DNA from: Antechinus flavipes
Lineage: Eukaryota
Direction: 5' to 3'
Length of the DNA: 64,000 bases
Assembly (NCBI RefSeq): GCF_016432865.1
Contig: NC_067401.1
Location: 208,940,001-209,004,000, forward strand
The position numbers and the translations under genes were made by a program. Below, piece after piece: positions 51,636 to 64,000 of the stretch. Within the stretch, counting starts at the first letter, position 1. Each line of letters begins with the position of its first letter. The notes beneath the pieces are model-generated. The model was not told the origin of the DNA. It was given only the letters and a program-made list of their open reading frames with translations, and searched no databases.

Positions 51636-52131
51636 ATAGCATGTAAAAAAAGAAACAATATGGACTTTTTCAACAATAATCAGAATAGAAAAGTAGATTG
51701 GTTCAGTCATATGAGTGTTATATTTGGAGTCAGAAATTTTTTTTTTCAGTCCAATCTCTTTGGGTTTTGGACCTCATGTTTTTATCTATAAAATGAGAGA
51801 ACTGGACTAGAAAATTCTAGTCCAGTCAGTTCAGTCAATGATTTTTAGTCAGCTGTAATCTCTTGTTCTGTGAATTTCTGAAGTACTGAGAAAAGTTCTT
51901 TCTAATGCTAAAAAAAATTATCAAACTTAGGGAATCTACTACTTTGAGAATCAAGACAAGTTGTTGTACTGTGTGAATGGCTGAAAGAAGAATTTAGATA
52001 AGTTAATTAGGCTAACAGTGCCATAAAAGGTTATCAGGGAATATTAGGGTTGTTAGGGGGGATAGCTATTACTGCCTTTTTGTGTCAGACATCATGGAAA
52101 GAAATTATACTTTCTTTCATAAAACATTTCC

Positions 52132-52682
52132 TTGGAATGGCTGAACAAATTGTGGCATTTTATTCTGATGAAATATTATTATGCTACAAGAAATGACAAG
52201 TAGGATGGTTTCAGAAAAAGTTGGGAAGAATTACATAAACTGATGCAAAGTGAAGTGAACAGAACCAGGAGAACATTGTACATAGTAATAATAATCTTGA
52301 TATTGATCAATTGTGAATGATTTAGCTATTTTTAGTAATATAATGACCTAAGACAGTTCAAAAGACTTAGGATGAAAAATACTATCCACCTCCAGAGAAA
52401 GGGTTAATGGAGTCTGAAGATAGATTGAAGAGTACATTTTTTTAACTTTCTTTATTTTTTCTTGTTTTTTGTTTTTTGATCTTTGTTCTCTTTTGCAACA
52501 TGGCTAATATGGAAATATGTTTTGCATGTCTACACATGTATAATCTTTATCTAAGTTCTTGCCTTCTCAAGGAGGGGTGGGGAGGAGAAGGAAGGAAGGA
52601 AGAAATTTGGAACTTAAAAAACATTTTAAAATAGAATTTGAATTGCTTTTACTCTATAATTAAGAAAAAATAAAATAAAAAC
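52132..52682 (+). mobile_element. Marsupial L1 3' end
   Basis: ggaatggctgaacaaattgtgg...gaactgatgcaaagtgaagtg..cagaaccaggagaacattgtaca...atccacctccagagaaag; ends aataaaataaaa. Confidence 0.85.
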
Positions 52683-55293
52683 ATTCTTTAAAACTAATCC
52701 CAAAAGATAATATATATTTTTTAAAAGTTAAAAAAAAATTCTAATAGAGTGATTATCAGATCTAGAACACTGGGCTGCATGTAAACTATTGATCTGATCC
52801 AGCAGACCATATTTTTATGCTACAGAGGTGAAAAATCATATAATCTTAAGACAGAAACTTTGAAGTAGCTAGTTCTAAACCTGATTGGACTGAACCCAGA
52901 GGTTTCCTTTTCTTCTTAAGATTTTTAGAGAAGAAAAATGTACCATCTCCTTATAAATTGTACTAGTTATAACTCATCCAATCAGGAAACTCTTTCTTGT
53001 GTCTAACTTAAAACATTATAATTGCAATTTAAATCTTTAAAGCCTCAGTGGCAAGGATAAATAAAAGAACACCAATGTCCTGATTACAGTTGTGTGTGTG
53101 GATATACATATATACATATATGTATATAGTTGAAGTCTCAGTTGTAATATTTCTGTCCTTGAAGATCTACCTTTAAACAAATATGTAAATTTGTCCAGGA
53201 CAACTATAGTTGTCTATTGGTTTTTACTAAGAATTTGAATTCAGGACTTCCTGACTCCACTGTGCCATTTTGTTAGTGAAACAGTTTGCCCAATGTCAAA
53301 CAGATGGTAAGTGAAAGGCAGAGTTCTTTCTGTGGTACTTCTTTTTTCTCATATCTAGATTAAATGCTCCTAATTCCTTTAATTTATAGTCATAGTATAA
53401 CTTTTGTAAGCTAGTCATCTGAATTGCTTTTACATTTTGAAGTTTTTTACATTTTCCTTGGTTTTGAAATTTCATATGAAATTGCTTTTATTCTTATTTT
53501 GTATAAAGAAAGAAATGGACTTTAGGAAAAGTTAGCTGACTTTTTAAAATGTTGTAGCAAATTAAGATAAAGAAAAGGTTAGCTTCTGAGTTCTAGCTTA
53601 AAGTCTAGGTACTTAATTCAAGAGTCTGAACTGTCTCTAGTTTCTTTCATTTATTGAGAATTTTGCTTGAGCATAATCTTTTGTTTTATAAGAGTGCTTT
53701 TCAGGGCAGTTAGGAATCATACTCTTCCCAGCTGAAGATTATGTACCATTTCTCTGAATAGTGAATTACATTAATGATGCAAGGCAGGAAAGTATGTCAA
53801 TATCAGATATAACAACTGCCAGTCACTCAGATTTGAAACACTGCCAACAGAAGTTCATTACATTTAATGATCAAATATCCCTCAGATTTCTAAAAGGAGA
53901 GTTTATATTAACCATTTATTTTGCTGAGCCTTAATATTAACAAAAAACCTTAAGGGGTTAATTCCCTTAAAGATAAATTGAATAGGATTCCCATATATGC
54001 CTATATATTTACAGATATCCATTTTTGGATTTTTTTAAATTCAAGGAAACATGCTCCATTTAGATAGCTCTTCAAATAAATTATGCCCTAACTGAGCAAA
54101 TAAACAATAAGTAGCTGGAAGTACTTTGTGTGTGGAAAAGCAAGGAGTGGGATGGTTCAAGGCTAGATCTCTTTCAGAAAACTCATCTTCATATATACTC
54201 ATTTCTTCAAACCCAAGTTCTACTGTAGTGGTATTTTATAAAGCAGTAACTGAACTTAATCCCTTTCAAATAAAGGTCTCTGATTTGGGGGATAGGGAAG
54301 CAAGAGGAGAAAAGCAAATTTTTTTCCTGATCCATAAGAGCTGATTCAGACGTAAACTTAAGTGTGGAAAATATCCCTACTGTATGCATGAACTCTAACA
54401 AATTAACTTGTGATAAGTTAGGACATGTTTGGCTTCTTTTTGTTTTTTTCATCACTGCTTAAAAAATGTCTATTACAGAAGTTTGGTCTTAGTCTTGAAA
54501 CACTAACCCTTACCTAAAAGCAAAGTTATTAGAAAAACTTCATTTTGGAATCATATAGTATACTTACTTTGTCTTTTTTGGGTTGTATACTACCATTTTC
54601 CTCAGTCTACTCAGCTTTAAGATATTCCCTCTGAAGAATCTGTTGTAGTACATCAAAAGACATTGTCAGCTTTCATTGGCTAAGCCCCACCAGTTGGCGG
54701 CCCATTATTACTATTATTATTGCAGTGACTGTAGGTAACAGTAGGCCACATTCCAAACATATGACATCTTTGGGGCAAATGCTAATGGGATTAAAAACAC
54801 TTTTCCCAGCCTCCTCTTTTGGGTCATTTTCTCCAAGTCAGACACCCAAGTGCTTTATGTTGAAGTCAAATAATGAAGGGGCTCCTTAGCTCTCTTAATG
54901 GTAGCAGGCTTCAAAATGCAATTATGTCTTTTTCCTTAAAGATAGTTTTCAAGTTCAGTGATAGCAAAAGAAAAATTTATACTGTACCTCTGCCTCCTTG
55001 CATTTCCCCTCCTTCCCCTACCCCCCAAAAACCCTGCACCTTATTACCCAACTGTGAAATGGAACCGTGTGATTTTATATAAGAACAAAGGAGAATCAAC
55101 AAATATATTGGTCAGATAAGAAGTGCTTTGGAGACCATTTTACTTACATACTTAAGCAATTCAGAAAATTAATTAATTCAGAAAATTTAGGTTAATTCAG
55201 AAAAGCCTAAAAAGGATTTTGCCAATTGAATTATGCCAGTGAAGGACCAGGAACAGTCTCAAGATGTGTTATAAATTACTGTTTTCATTGTAA

Positions 55294-55674
<381 letters not shown>

Positions 55675-58601
55675 TAGTGGAGATGGAAACAAATTGGGCC
55701 GAGATGACCTTGTAAAAACTTAGAATAATTCTCTGTTTTGAAGGGGAGTGGGGAAAGGTGTGGCAACATGGAAGTTAGGTTTCCAAAATGTGAGGGTCAG
55801 GTACCTCTAAATTTTAAGAGTCAGCAAGAAATGAAAACTTATCAAATATTAGTGTCATTTTCTTAAGATGGTACTTCCTTAGCACTTATTTTATTATCTT
55901 GCTGAATACTATTCACTGTGGGAAATCCCATCTGATAAGCAGGGGTTTTTTCCCCCAAAAAAAGCCTCTCTTACCCCAAACCTCCTTCTGCTTCTGTTAC
56001 TTTCTTTGCTTTCCCCACCTAAATTCAACTAAATACAGGATTACAGATTGATGACATAACCCTCTATTTATTTCTTCTTTAGGTCCTAAACGCTTCCTCT
56101 TTTAAAATCCCAGGAGTTCAAGGAAGCCAGTTCCCTGAGAACTCATGTGTGCTTAAGATTCTTATCAGAAACTGGTCTAGTCACTTCAGGCTGCAGTTAC
56201 CCTGCAGACATTGAAAAAAGTTATGTGGCCTCAGACTGATCAAAGTAGAGAGGCAGCTTTTTCTTAGGAATCCATACAAAACATATCATACTTCTGTCTG
56301 TTGCAGCATCATATGTACAAGCGCTTGTGCTTCCATCCTCTGAAAGGCACTGCAAAGACTCCTGGGACACAGTCAAGTTGCCTATTTTAAACAGTCAGGT
56401 GGTCCTCTTTATCTCAGATAATCCATTTTTTTTTTTTTTAAATCACCAGGAAGGGTCCCATGAAGATTGCTGACAGGCAGTAAGAGAAAGGTTGAAGAGC
56501 CTCTGGCTAAACAACAGTGTGTATCATATGAATCAAGCAAGTCTCAATTTTCTAAAATAACAACAAACACCAAAACAAAGACCAGAAAGAATTGGATTCT
56601 GTGTCTGACTTCCTGTGTTTGCCAGACACTGTTCCCCATCCAAGTTTTCAGGCCCCATACACCTGTTTGACTCCTGGCCAGGTTAATTTCTTTCTTTCTT
56701 TCTTTTTCTTTGTGTCCCTGTCTCTGTTTCTCTCTGTCTGTCTGTCTCTCTCTCATTTTCTGCAAAGCTCGCAGCCGTTATTCACTCCGCTGAGTTGCAT
56801 CACTGACAAGTTGAACCTCCGCCAGCAGGCTTGCAGGTTTTGATTAGTTCAGACTCCTTTATTTCTTTCAACTTGGGAGGAGGGAAAGCTTTGTTTCTCA
56901 AGCAAATAGCAGGAAAAGTTCTCTCTGGTCCTAGTGCACACCATATTTTCTGCAGCAGATGGCTTCTCTTGGGGGTGAGTAGGGAGGGAAGTGGGTTTGG
57001 GGTGGCAGGGGACAGAGTTCTTTGGAAAACAACATGTCACTGTTTTTCATTGTTACAATTGGTATACATATTTCCGAAGTCATATAACATAAAAATAGAC
57101 ATATTCTCTGTTTATTGGGATCTCCATCTCATTTAGGCAGATAGAAAACATAGAAGAAAGATGAGTATTTAAATGGAATTGAAGGCTTGAGTGTATGATA
57201 ACAGTGAGTCTCTACTGACTCTCTTCCTTCTGAAAGAGTAGGGTGTTTTTTTTTTTTTTGAACAATGCCATATTAATTTGACTTGCATAATATAGACTTG
57301 TTTCTATTTGGGTCCCCTATTTCCATTAATCTGTCCAGCTCTTTGTAGGTAAAACAGTTAGATTTGGCCATGTGACTTCCTGAAAAACCTAAGAGAACCT
57401 CTAGTTGTGAATAAAATAGCTGGAAAATTAACTACCTGAGGGATTTACTTATGAGGGGTATTCCTTATATAAAAGTACAAGAACGTAGGGATAAAAGAAA
57501 AACCCAACTATCAACTACTAAGAAAGCCAACAATGAAAAGAATCCATATATGTGATAATTAAGACGGCTTGGCATTCTAGTTAGTTAAGAGTGTTTCCAA
57601 TCCCCTTAAAATGAATAGTGTTTAAAGCATCACGAAATAGTTACACATACACATTCCCATTCTACAGGGAAGAAAGGTGTTGCCAGAAATTGACTCATGA
57701 GCCAGCCTCATATTGACCCAGGGCAAGAGTGGAGAACAAGTCTCTGCTTTAAACTAGTTTTGAACTGAATTTAGTCCAGTTTCTTCCCACCTTCTCTAAC
57801 ATTTCCTTGAATCATTACAAGAGAAATACTTTAATGCCCAGGTGAGAGGTGCTGTATAAACATTTAATAAAATAGAACAGAAAATCCCTCCTGTCAGCAT
57901 ATGGTATAAAAGGAAGAAACAATTGGACTTAAGCTGTCAGGAAGCTGGAGGAACCCCGATACATCCAGTCTTGGTTCCAGGTAGGGAGAGTGCTTACGGG
58001 AGTTACATTGGGCAGAATTATTTGGTGCAGTTGCCATTTTGAATTCTCTCCTAATTGTTCCTTTGCATTCTTGGTACCCTTATGTAACATCTGAAGAACA
58101 CTATGCCCATAAAAACCATTTCTTTCAGGGACTCATGTGCAAATAGGATGAGCCATGTATTTTTTTAAGGAAATATAATGTATCTAGTGCTAACCTTGAG
58201 AAGACCATATCATAGCACTCTTATAAGTGAGACTACCTTATAATGAGACAGTCCATTAACTAAATCTGTTTGGATGGAATATATAAATGATAGAATATAT
58301 AGATATACCATATAATTGGTTTAGTGATCAGTTTTTCATCCCTTACTTAGAGGATGACTATTAGTATGTAAAAAAAAAAGAATTTGATATAAAATTCCTT
58401 TAAATATAGTTCTTAAGTGCATTCACATAATTGCTTATTGGCTATCCTTTAATAAAAAATCATTTTATTTCATTGTATTATGCCCTAAAAATATTCACAG
58501 AATAGCCATATTGAAATCTGGTGCTGAAATCATGGTACTACTAGGTTATTTCTTATTGATTTTAGTTATGACAAGGGAATGTCAGAATAAGGAAGGGAGA
58601 A

Positions 58602-58602
<1 letters not shown>

Positions 58603-58643
<41 letters not shown>
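58603..58643. repeat. (CA)20 microsatellite
   Basis: Read directly. Confidence 0.98.
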
Positions 58644-58646
<3 letters not shown>

Positions 58647-59049
58647 CATTCATTGTCCCCATAATAATGATAACATTCACACAGTATTTTTGATGTTCAA
58701 AGCATTTGTGACACTTGACACCAAGATTTATAATTATTTCTCTGGAGCCCATTACTAGATAATATATAAATAAAGAATTACTGACTTTTCAAAAGAAAAT
58801 TATGTTATTACTGTACTTTAAAAAGAAACATTGTTTCTTATTAGTCTGATACTTCAGCTTGGGTATCAGAACTTGAGATCTTGCAAACTACATGCCAGGA
58901 AACTCTAAGTATACTTATTTGGGGGGATGAGGTGGGTGAACATGTCTTTCTAAGTTTGTTCCACACTCATTATGTAGTCTGCAGATGGTGCTGTGAGGTC
59001 TCCAGAGTGTGGTCCTTTGAATTGAATGGTGGTCTTCAAGAACTTCATA

Positions 59050-59232
59050 ATATAGTGGAAAGAGCACTTGATTTTTCATCAAAAGAACTGGGGTTAAATC
59101 CCAGCACTGCTACTTCCTGCCGATTGGATTTCAGAAAAGTCACTTTCTTTCTCTGGGACCCATTTTATTCCTTTGTAAAATGAGGGGTGTTATAGGCTCT
59201 AATCTATAAGATCTTTTCAGTCTTTAATGCTC
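59050..59232 (+). mobile_element. MIR
   Basis: atagtggaaagagcacttga...aaatcccagc...aagtcactt...tgtaaaatgagg. Confidence 0.75.
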
Positions 59233-60802
59233 TTTCCAATTCTAAATTTTATAATCTTTTGCCTAATTCTGACACTTTACTGCAGGTCTCTCTGAGATGT
59301 AAAGAAGAATCAGAGTTGAAAGTCAGTGGGCTAATCTGGGGGAGAGAGTGGAGGGAGAGGAGAAAAGTCGGAACAGAAGTGAGTGCAAGGAATAATTATA
59401 AAAAAAATTACCCAGGCATGGGTTCTGTCAATAAAAAGTTATAATTATGAAAAAAAAAAAAGAAAGAAAGTCACTGGGCTAGAAAGAAAATGCCTTAGAT
59501 TGAGTAGTGTTGTTTCTCCATTCTGGAGGAGGACACTCATTCCACAACCTGTAGAGAGAAATAAAAATCCTTGGGAGAAGGACCGTATTTTTTTCTTTGA
59601 AACAAATACTTTTGCACCTTAGCTCCTTTTCATGATGTTTAAATATCTAAGCAGAACAAGTTAAAAATCTAAACATTCATTAAGCTCCTACTAGAGCATC
59701 TCACAAGCAACTGAGTTTATAAAATCCCAAACAAAATAGCTCCTGCTCACAAAGAGCTGAGCTTGCAGTCCATTGGGAGGAAACAACTATTCACGGATAG
59801 CTAAGAAACAAACAAGATTAGAAACAAACAAGATAAGAAACACTAAGAAGCAAAGAAAATCCAATTAGTCAATCATTTGTGAAGTAATTGCTTTGTGCCA
59901 TATAGTGTTCTAACCACTGAGGATACTGAGATAAAAGTAAAGCATCCCTTTGCCCTAAAGGTTCTTACATGTAGACATATAGAGAAATGCAAACTATATA
60001 TAAAGATAAGGGTACTAAAAAATCCAGGGAATGGGGAATCAGGGGAGGATACATCAAGAATAAGGATAGAGAAAAAGCCATTGGAATGGACAATGGGAGT
60101 ATTTGCAAGTATTCATGATTCCCATTTTGCTACAGAATAAACTGAGCTGCAGGATAGGATGCAGTTTAGGGAAGCTGTATGGAAGCTTTGGGATGAACAA
60201 TGGTAGAAGGAGGAACCACAACCATGGAAATCACAGGATCTATCAGAGTATTGAAGTATAAGAATTAACAATTCCCTTAAATAGCCAACCACACAGGACC
60301 TTTGAAGGCATTTCTTCTACTAAGCTCTAGTATCTTGAAAGGTCAACCCAATCAACTAAATGAATCGAATTATGACAAACAAAATGTTTTTAGTACAATC
60401 ACAGAATCTAGAAATTGCTGGTGGAAAATCCCCATCTGGTCATCTGAGGCCTGGGAAGATGTTATTATTGTTTTTCCTTCTTCAGGGATTGGGGGAGTAT
60501 TAACCAAACATTATTGGGTCTAAGTAATTTAAAATAAGCCCATGACCAACTTCTACTACATATTGTGGGTCAGTTTCTGGGATCATAGATTTAAAGATGG
60601 ACAAGATATTAGAAGTAAGGATCATGGAATAGTGTAAAGAAGTGGGGTTCAGACCCTACTGATTTTGTGACATTGAGCAGATTACTTCACCTCAGTGGGC
60701 CTCAGTTTCCTTACCTATAAAATGAAGGGTTTGGGCTAGATAGCCTCTGATGTCTCTTCCAACTCTGAATCTATGATCCTGTGATTCCAATATCCTCTAG
60801 TT

Positions 60803-60983
60803 CAGCAAACTCTTAACCTTTTTTGGAATCATGTACTCTCTGGCAAAGCTCAGGGACCCTTCTCTGACGCATGCTACTAAATGTACAACGATTCATGTGA
60901 TTACAAGGAAAACCAATCATATGGAAATAGTTACAAAAACATTTTTAAAAACAAGTTCGTGGGTACCAGGTTAAGAACTCTTG
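60803..60983 (+). mobile_element. hAT Charlie4-like MITE
   Basis: tcttaacctttttt...ggacccttctc...gattacaaggaaaaccaat...ccaggttaagaactcttg. Confidence 0.75.
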
Positions 60984-61545
60984 GTCAAGCCTAATTCCCT
61001 CATTTTATAGAGAAGACGGGTTATAAATGGTAGAGCTAAGAATTTTCTCATTCCAATCCCTGTATTCTTGCTGCTCATTCTGATCCTACGGTAATGTACT
61101 ACACATAAGCCAATATTAGCTTTGGACAGGATCAGTTCTTATTTCTTAAGGATACCCCCTAAAAAACTAGAACTACAAAACTGTAACAATCAACCTCTGA
61201 AAGCCAAAGTGAAAACTTAATGAAAATATAGGTTGTTTGTTTTTGTTTTCTGTTTTTGTGTTTTACTCTGGAGACAACCCTGCTTTTTAGTCGACACCTG
61301 CTTGATAGACACACCTTTGGCATGGAAGCCACAGGGCAAGTAATTAAGTTTAATAAGAGCCACTCTTATTTTGAAGCAGCCCTCATTTAAAGCCACGGGG
61401 GAAGTTGTTAAACTTAATGGACCCTAAACAAAAGCATTCAAGACATTAACAAGTTGAGTGTTTGACATTTTTTTTTTCTCTTTTATATGGACTGTGATTG
61501 CTTTAGTATCTCTGCATTCTTAAAAGTTCCTTGATTTCACTAGCC

Positions 61546-61614
61546 AAAAAAACTCAAAAAAAAAAAAAAAGAGAGAGAGAGAGAAAGAGAAAGAGAAAGA
61601 AAAGAAAAGAAAAG
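61546..61614. repeat. Compound A-run/(GA)n/(GAAA)n purine tract
   Basis: Read directly. Confidence 0.95.
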
Positions 61615-64000
61615 GTAAGCTGACCTGCTGGCTCAAACTGCAGAAATGTTTGCAGCTAGCTCTCTGCTTTGCACTGGGTGGTACTGGGGAAGCAGCAGTA
61701 GAGGAGACCCTTTTATCTTTGCAGAATGACTTGGGGACAGTGAAAACGAGGAGTGTTCATGGATGTTCCACTAACTCAGGCAGGTTGAGTTGTCATGGCT
61801 TGAGTAAGTGTTTGTGTAGAGTTTCTAGGACTCAGAATGAAACCAGTGTGCACTATATGATTTTGGTTTCATACGTGTTTCTCTTCCGTGGTTTGTATGA
61901 GGTTTCATTTCTGTCATATATAAAACCACTCTTGCATAGGAGAAAGATTTAGTCATGAAAAGAGTCAAACCTGCTCGGAGTGGGGGAATATTTATGCATT
62001 TCATGGACAGTCATCCCCAAAAGAAACCTGAGGATTTTGTTTTAATTCAGGCAAATTTTTCAGGGTTGTTGTAAAAAGAAAGATTCTATGTATTCTCACA
62101 ATAGTTTTCGATGGGAGGAAAGGGGAGCTAGAGAGTAGGGTAAGTGTCATTTAACTTAAATTTTAGACTCCACTTCAAAGATTCTATGAATTTGACTTAA
62201 CCCTTAGGTTAGCTGTGTGACAGTTATCTTAGGTGTAAAATGGCTTAATAGGAATTGTCCTTTTACAGGTGTCTCAGTGCATGATATAAGAAATGATATA
62301 ATGCTTAGTAGGACTCTGAAAATTCCGAGAAGTCATGCTCTTGATTGCAAGCTTAAAAGAGAGTACTTTATAAACATTTTAGGTAAATGTTAGAAATGAT
62401 TACAGAGAATAGGAAGGTATGAAAAAGTCAACTTATTCTGCTCATTTACAAGACATGAAAATTGTGGTAAACCCACTGGTATTTTTAAAAAGTCAAGTAT
62501 GACCTCATTCCACCTTAGAATTCTTACTCCCCATTTTCTTCTGTTATAGATTTTTTTTAAAGTGATATCCCATGATAGAAAAACTTATCAGGCATTCCTT
62601 GCTAGGAATACTTCCTTTGTGATAGACATTTTCAGCAGATGGCCCAGATGGTTGTCTCTTCCATCCTTAGCTGGTTTAAAGCATTTTTGCATTTAATTAG
62701 TAGTTCTTTGGAGTTGCAAAAAGACATTTATTTCCATCTCTTCAGCAACAAGAGTCAGATGAATTAAAAGTTCTTTCATGTAGGTGAACAACAACAAAAA
62801 TATATCACTTCCAATTTCTATCCAACCTACAAATATTTAAGTGACAGATGAAAATCATAACTTTAGAACTGGAAGGGAACTTAGCAGTCACCTAGTCCAA
62901 CCTCCTCCTTTTCTGTTTGAAGAATACTTTGTCACAAGTGCTCAGTCACACAATAAGTAAGCAACAGAGCAGAAGTTTAAAGTATTTCTGATTGACTCCA
63001 ACCCTGGTGCCCTGTACTAATGTACCCTTAAAGCCCTATACTAGATTTTAGGGAGACAGTGACAAAACAAAACAAAATAAAACAAAACCAAAAACCTAGT
63101 TACTGCCCTCAAGTTCCTTGTGTTCTACTGGCACCCAAGTACCTTTATTTATTTTTTAAACTTTGGAGAACTCCAAGAAATGATAATATAGACAGGAAAC
63201 CACCATTCTGGAGGAGAGAGAAGAGGAGAGGATGGGGAAAGACAAGACAAAAGGTTATAGAAAAATCATGAGATCGTTGCACCATTGTCACCCATCTATA
63301 GAAAGCACAGGGAGATGAGTCAGCCATTTGTTTGGCAATGGATAATGGGGAAAAGGTACTTGAGGAGTACAGGGAAAGGAGGCACGCTAACTGGCTGAAT
63401 GTTTTGATCATTTCAAATTATATGTTAGGCACATTTTAAATGATATATTTCAAAATGGCAAGGTTTTCACTTTTGATCCCTTTCTGGTGACCTAAGCACC
63501 TTTTAACCCTGAAATGAATACCTAAATCTGCTCTAAGAGGTTGTCTTGAGAGGAATCGATTCTAGAGAATGAAACTCTTGATTTCTGGAGAGATAGAAAG
63601 TTGAGTGCTTTGCTTCTTGGGCTTCCTGGTATTGTTCTAAATTACACTTTGTTAATCTCAACTCTTCAGTATATGTGAAAGTTCCAGAAAAAGTGAGAGA
63701 TTTGAGAGGAAAAGAAGGAGAAAATGGACCATCTTGAGATGATACACTTAAAATGGGAAGGAGATGTCAAAGTGGGGAGAATAGAAGGGAAAGAGGAGAA
63801 GTGGAGGAGGAAGAGAGGAAACAAAATTTTTTCACCTGGGATGTGAAAAAGACAACAAAGAAAGGGCAAAACAAGTGGAACGTTTGTTGCTGATAAGGAC
63901 AGGAAATAGCCCAGTAAGATCTGTGCATAAGCAGTATGTATTTTTATCTCCAAGTCTTTCTGCAATGTGTTTCATATTTAGGACACATATCAAGATTGCA

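Noticed and set aside
59803-59842. 16-bp unit x2.5 (also an 11-bp unit x3 at 32437-32469)
   Set aside because: These are ordinary slippage repeats without unique spacers, so not CRISPR-like or otherwise structured arrays.

Overview
This is 64 kb of AT-rich, CpG-poor mammalian DNA from inside the RUNX2 gene, which lies on the + strand. Two coding exons are present. The first, 32053-32226 (174 nt, human exon 6 equivalent), carries the end of the NLS and the start of the PST region. The second, 55469-55630 (162 nt, human exon 7 equivalent), carries the SSPP/TSP ERK-site region. Both have canonical AG/GT ends, are phase 1, and join in frame (...QIA-D-PRQAQ...). Everything else is intron: the last 32 kb of the upstream intron, a 23.2 kb intron between the exons, and 8.4 kb of the next intron. 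The Runt domain and QA-repeat exons lie outside the window. The repeats (MAR1, WSINE1-like and RTE-tailed SINEs, marsupial-type L1 3' ends, abundant MIR/L2/L3) point to a marsupial, and a young OC1-type hAT MITE suggests a dasyurid. Repeat family names come from recalled consensus sequences and need RepeatMasker/Dfam confirmation; most repeat boundaries are approximate. None of the other ORF-track entries looks like a real gene, and I found no convincing new multi-gene system. The most interesting leads are: (1) a recursive-splice-like site followed by an in-frame 21-nt microexon at 49604; (2) an OC1 MITE with no target-site duplication and a chimeric echo of itself 100 bp away; (3) a fragmented antisense fossil L3/CR1 LINE that still shows endonuclease motifs; (4) several TE-free, CpG-retaining candidate enhancers; (5) five exon-6 substitutions relative to human, one creating a new T-P motif. 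Four N-runs (875 nt in total) hide sequence.
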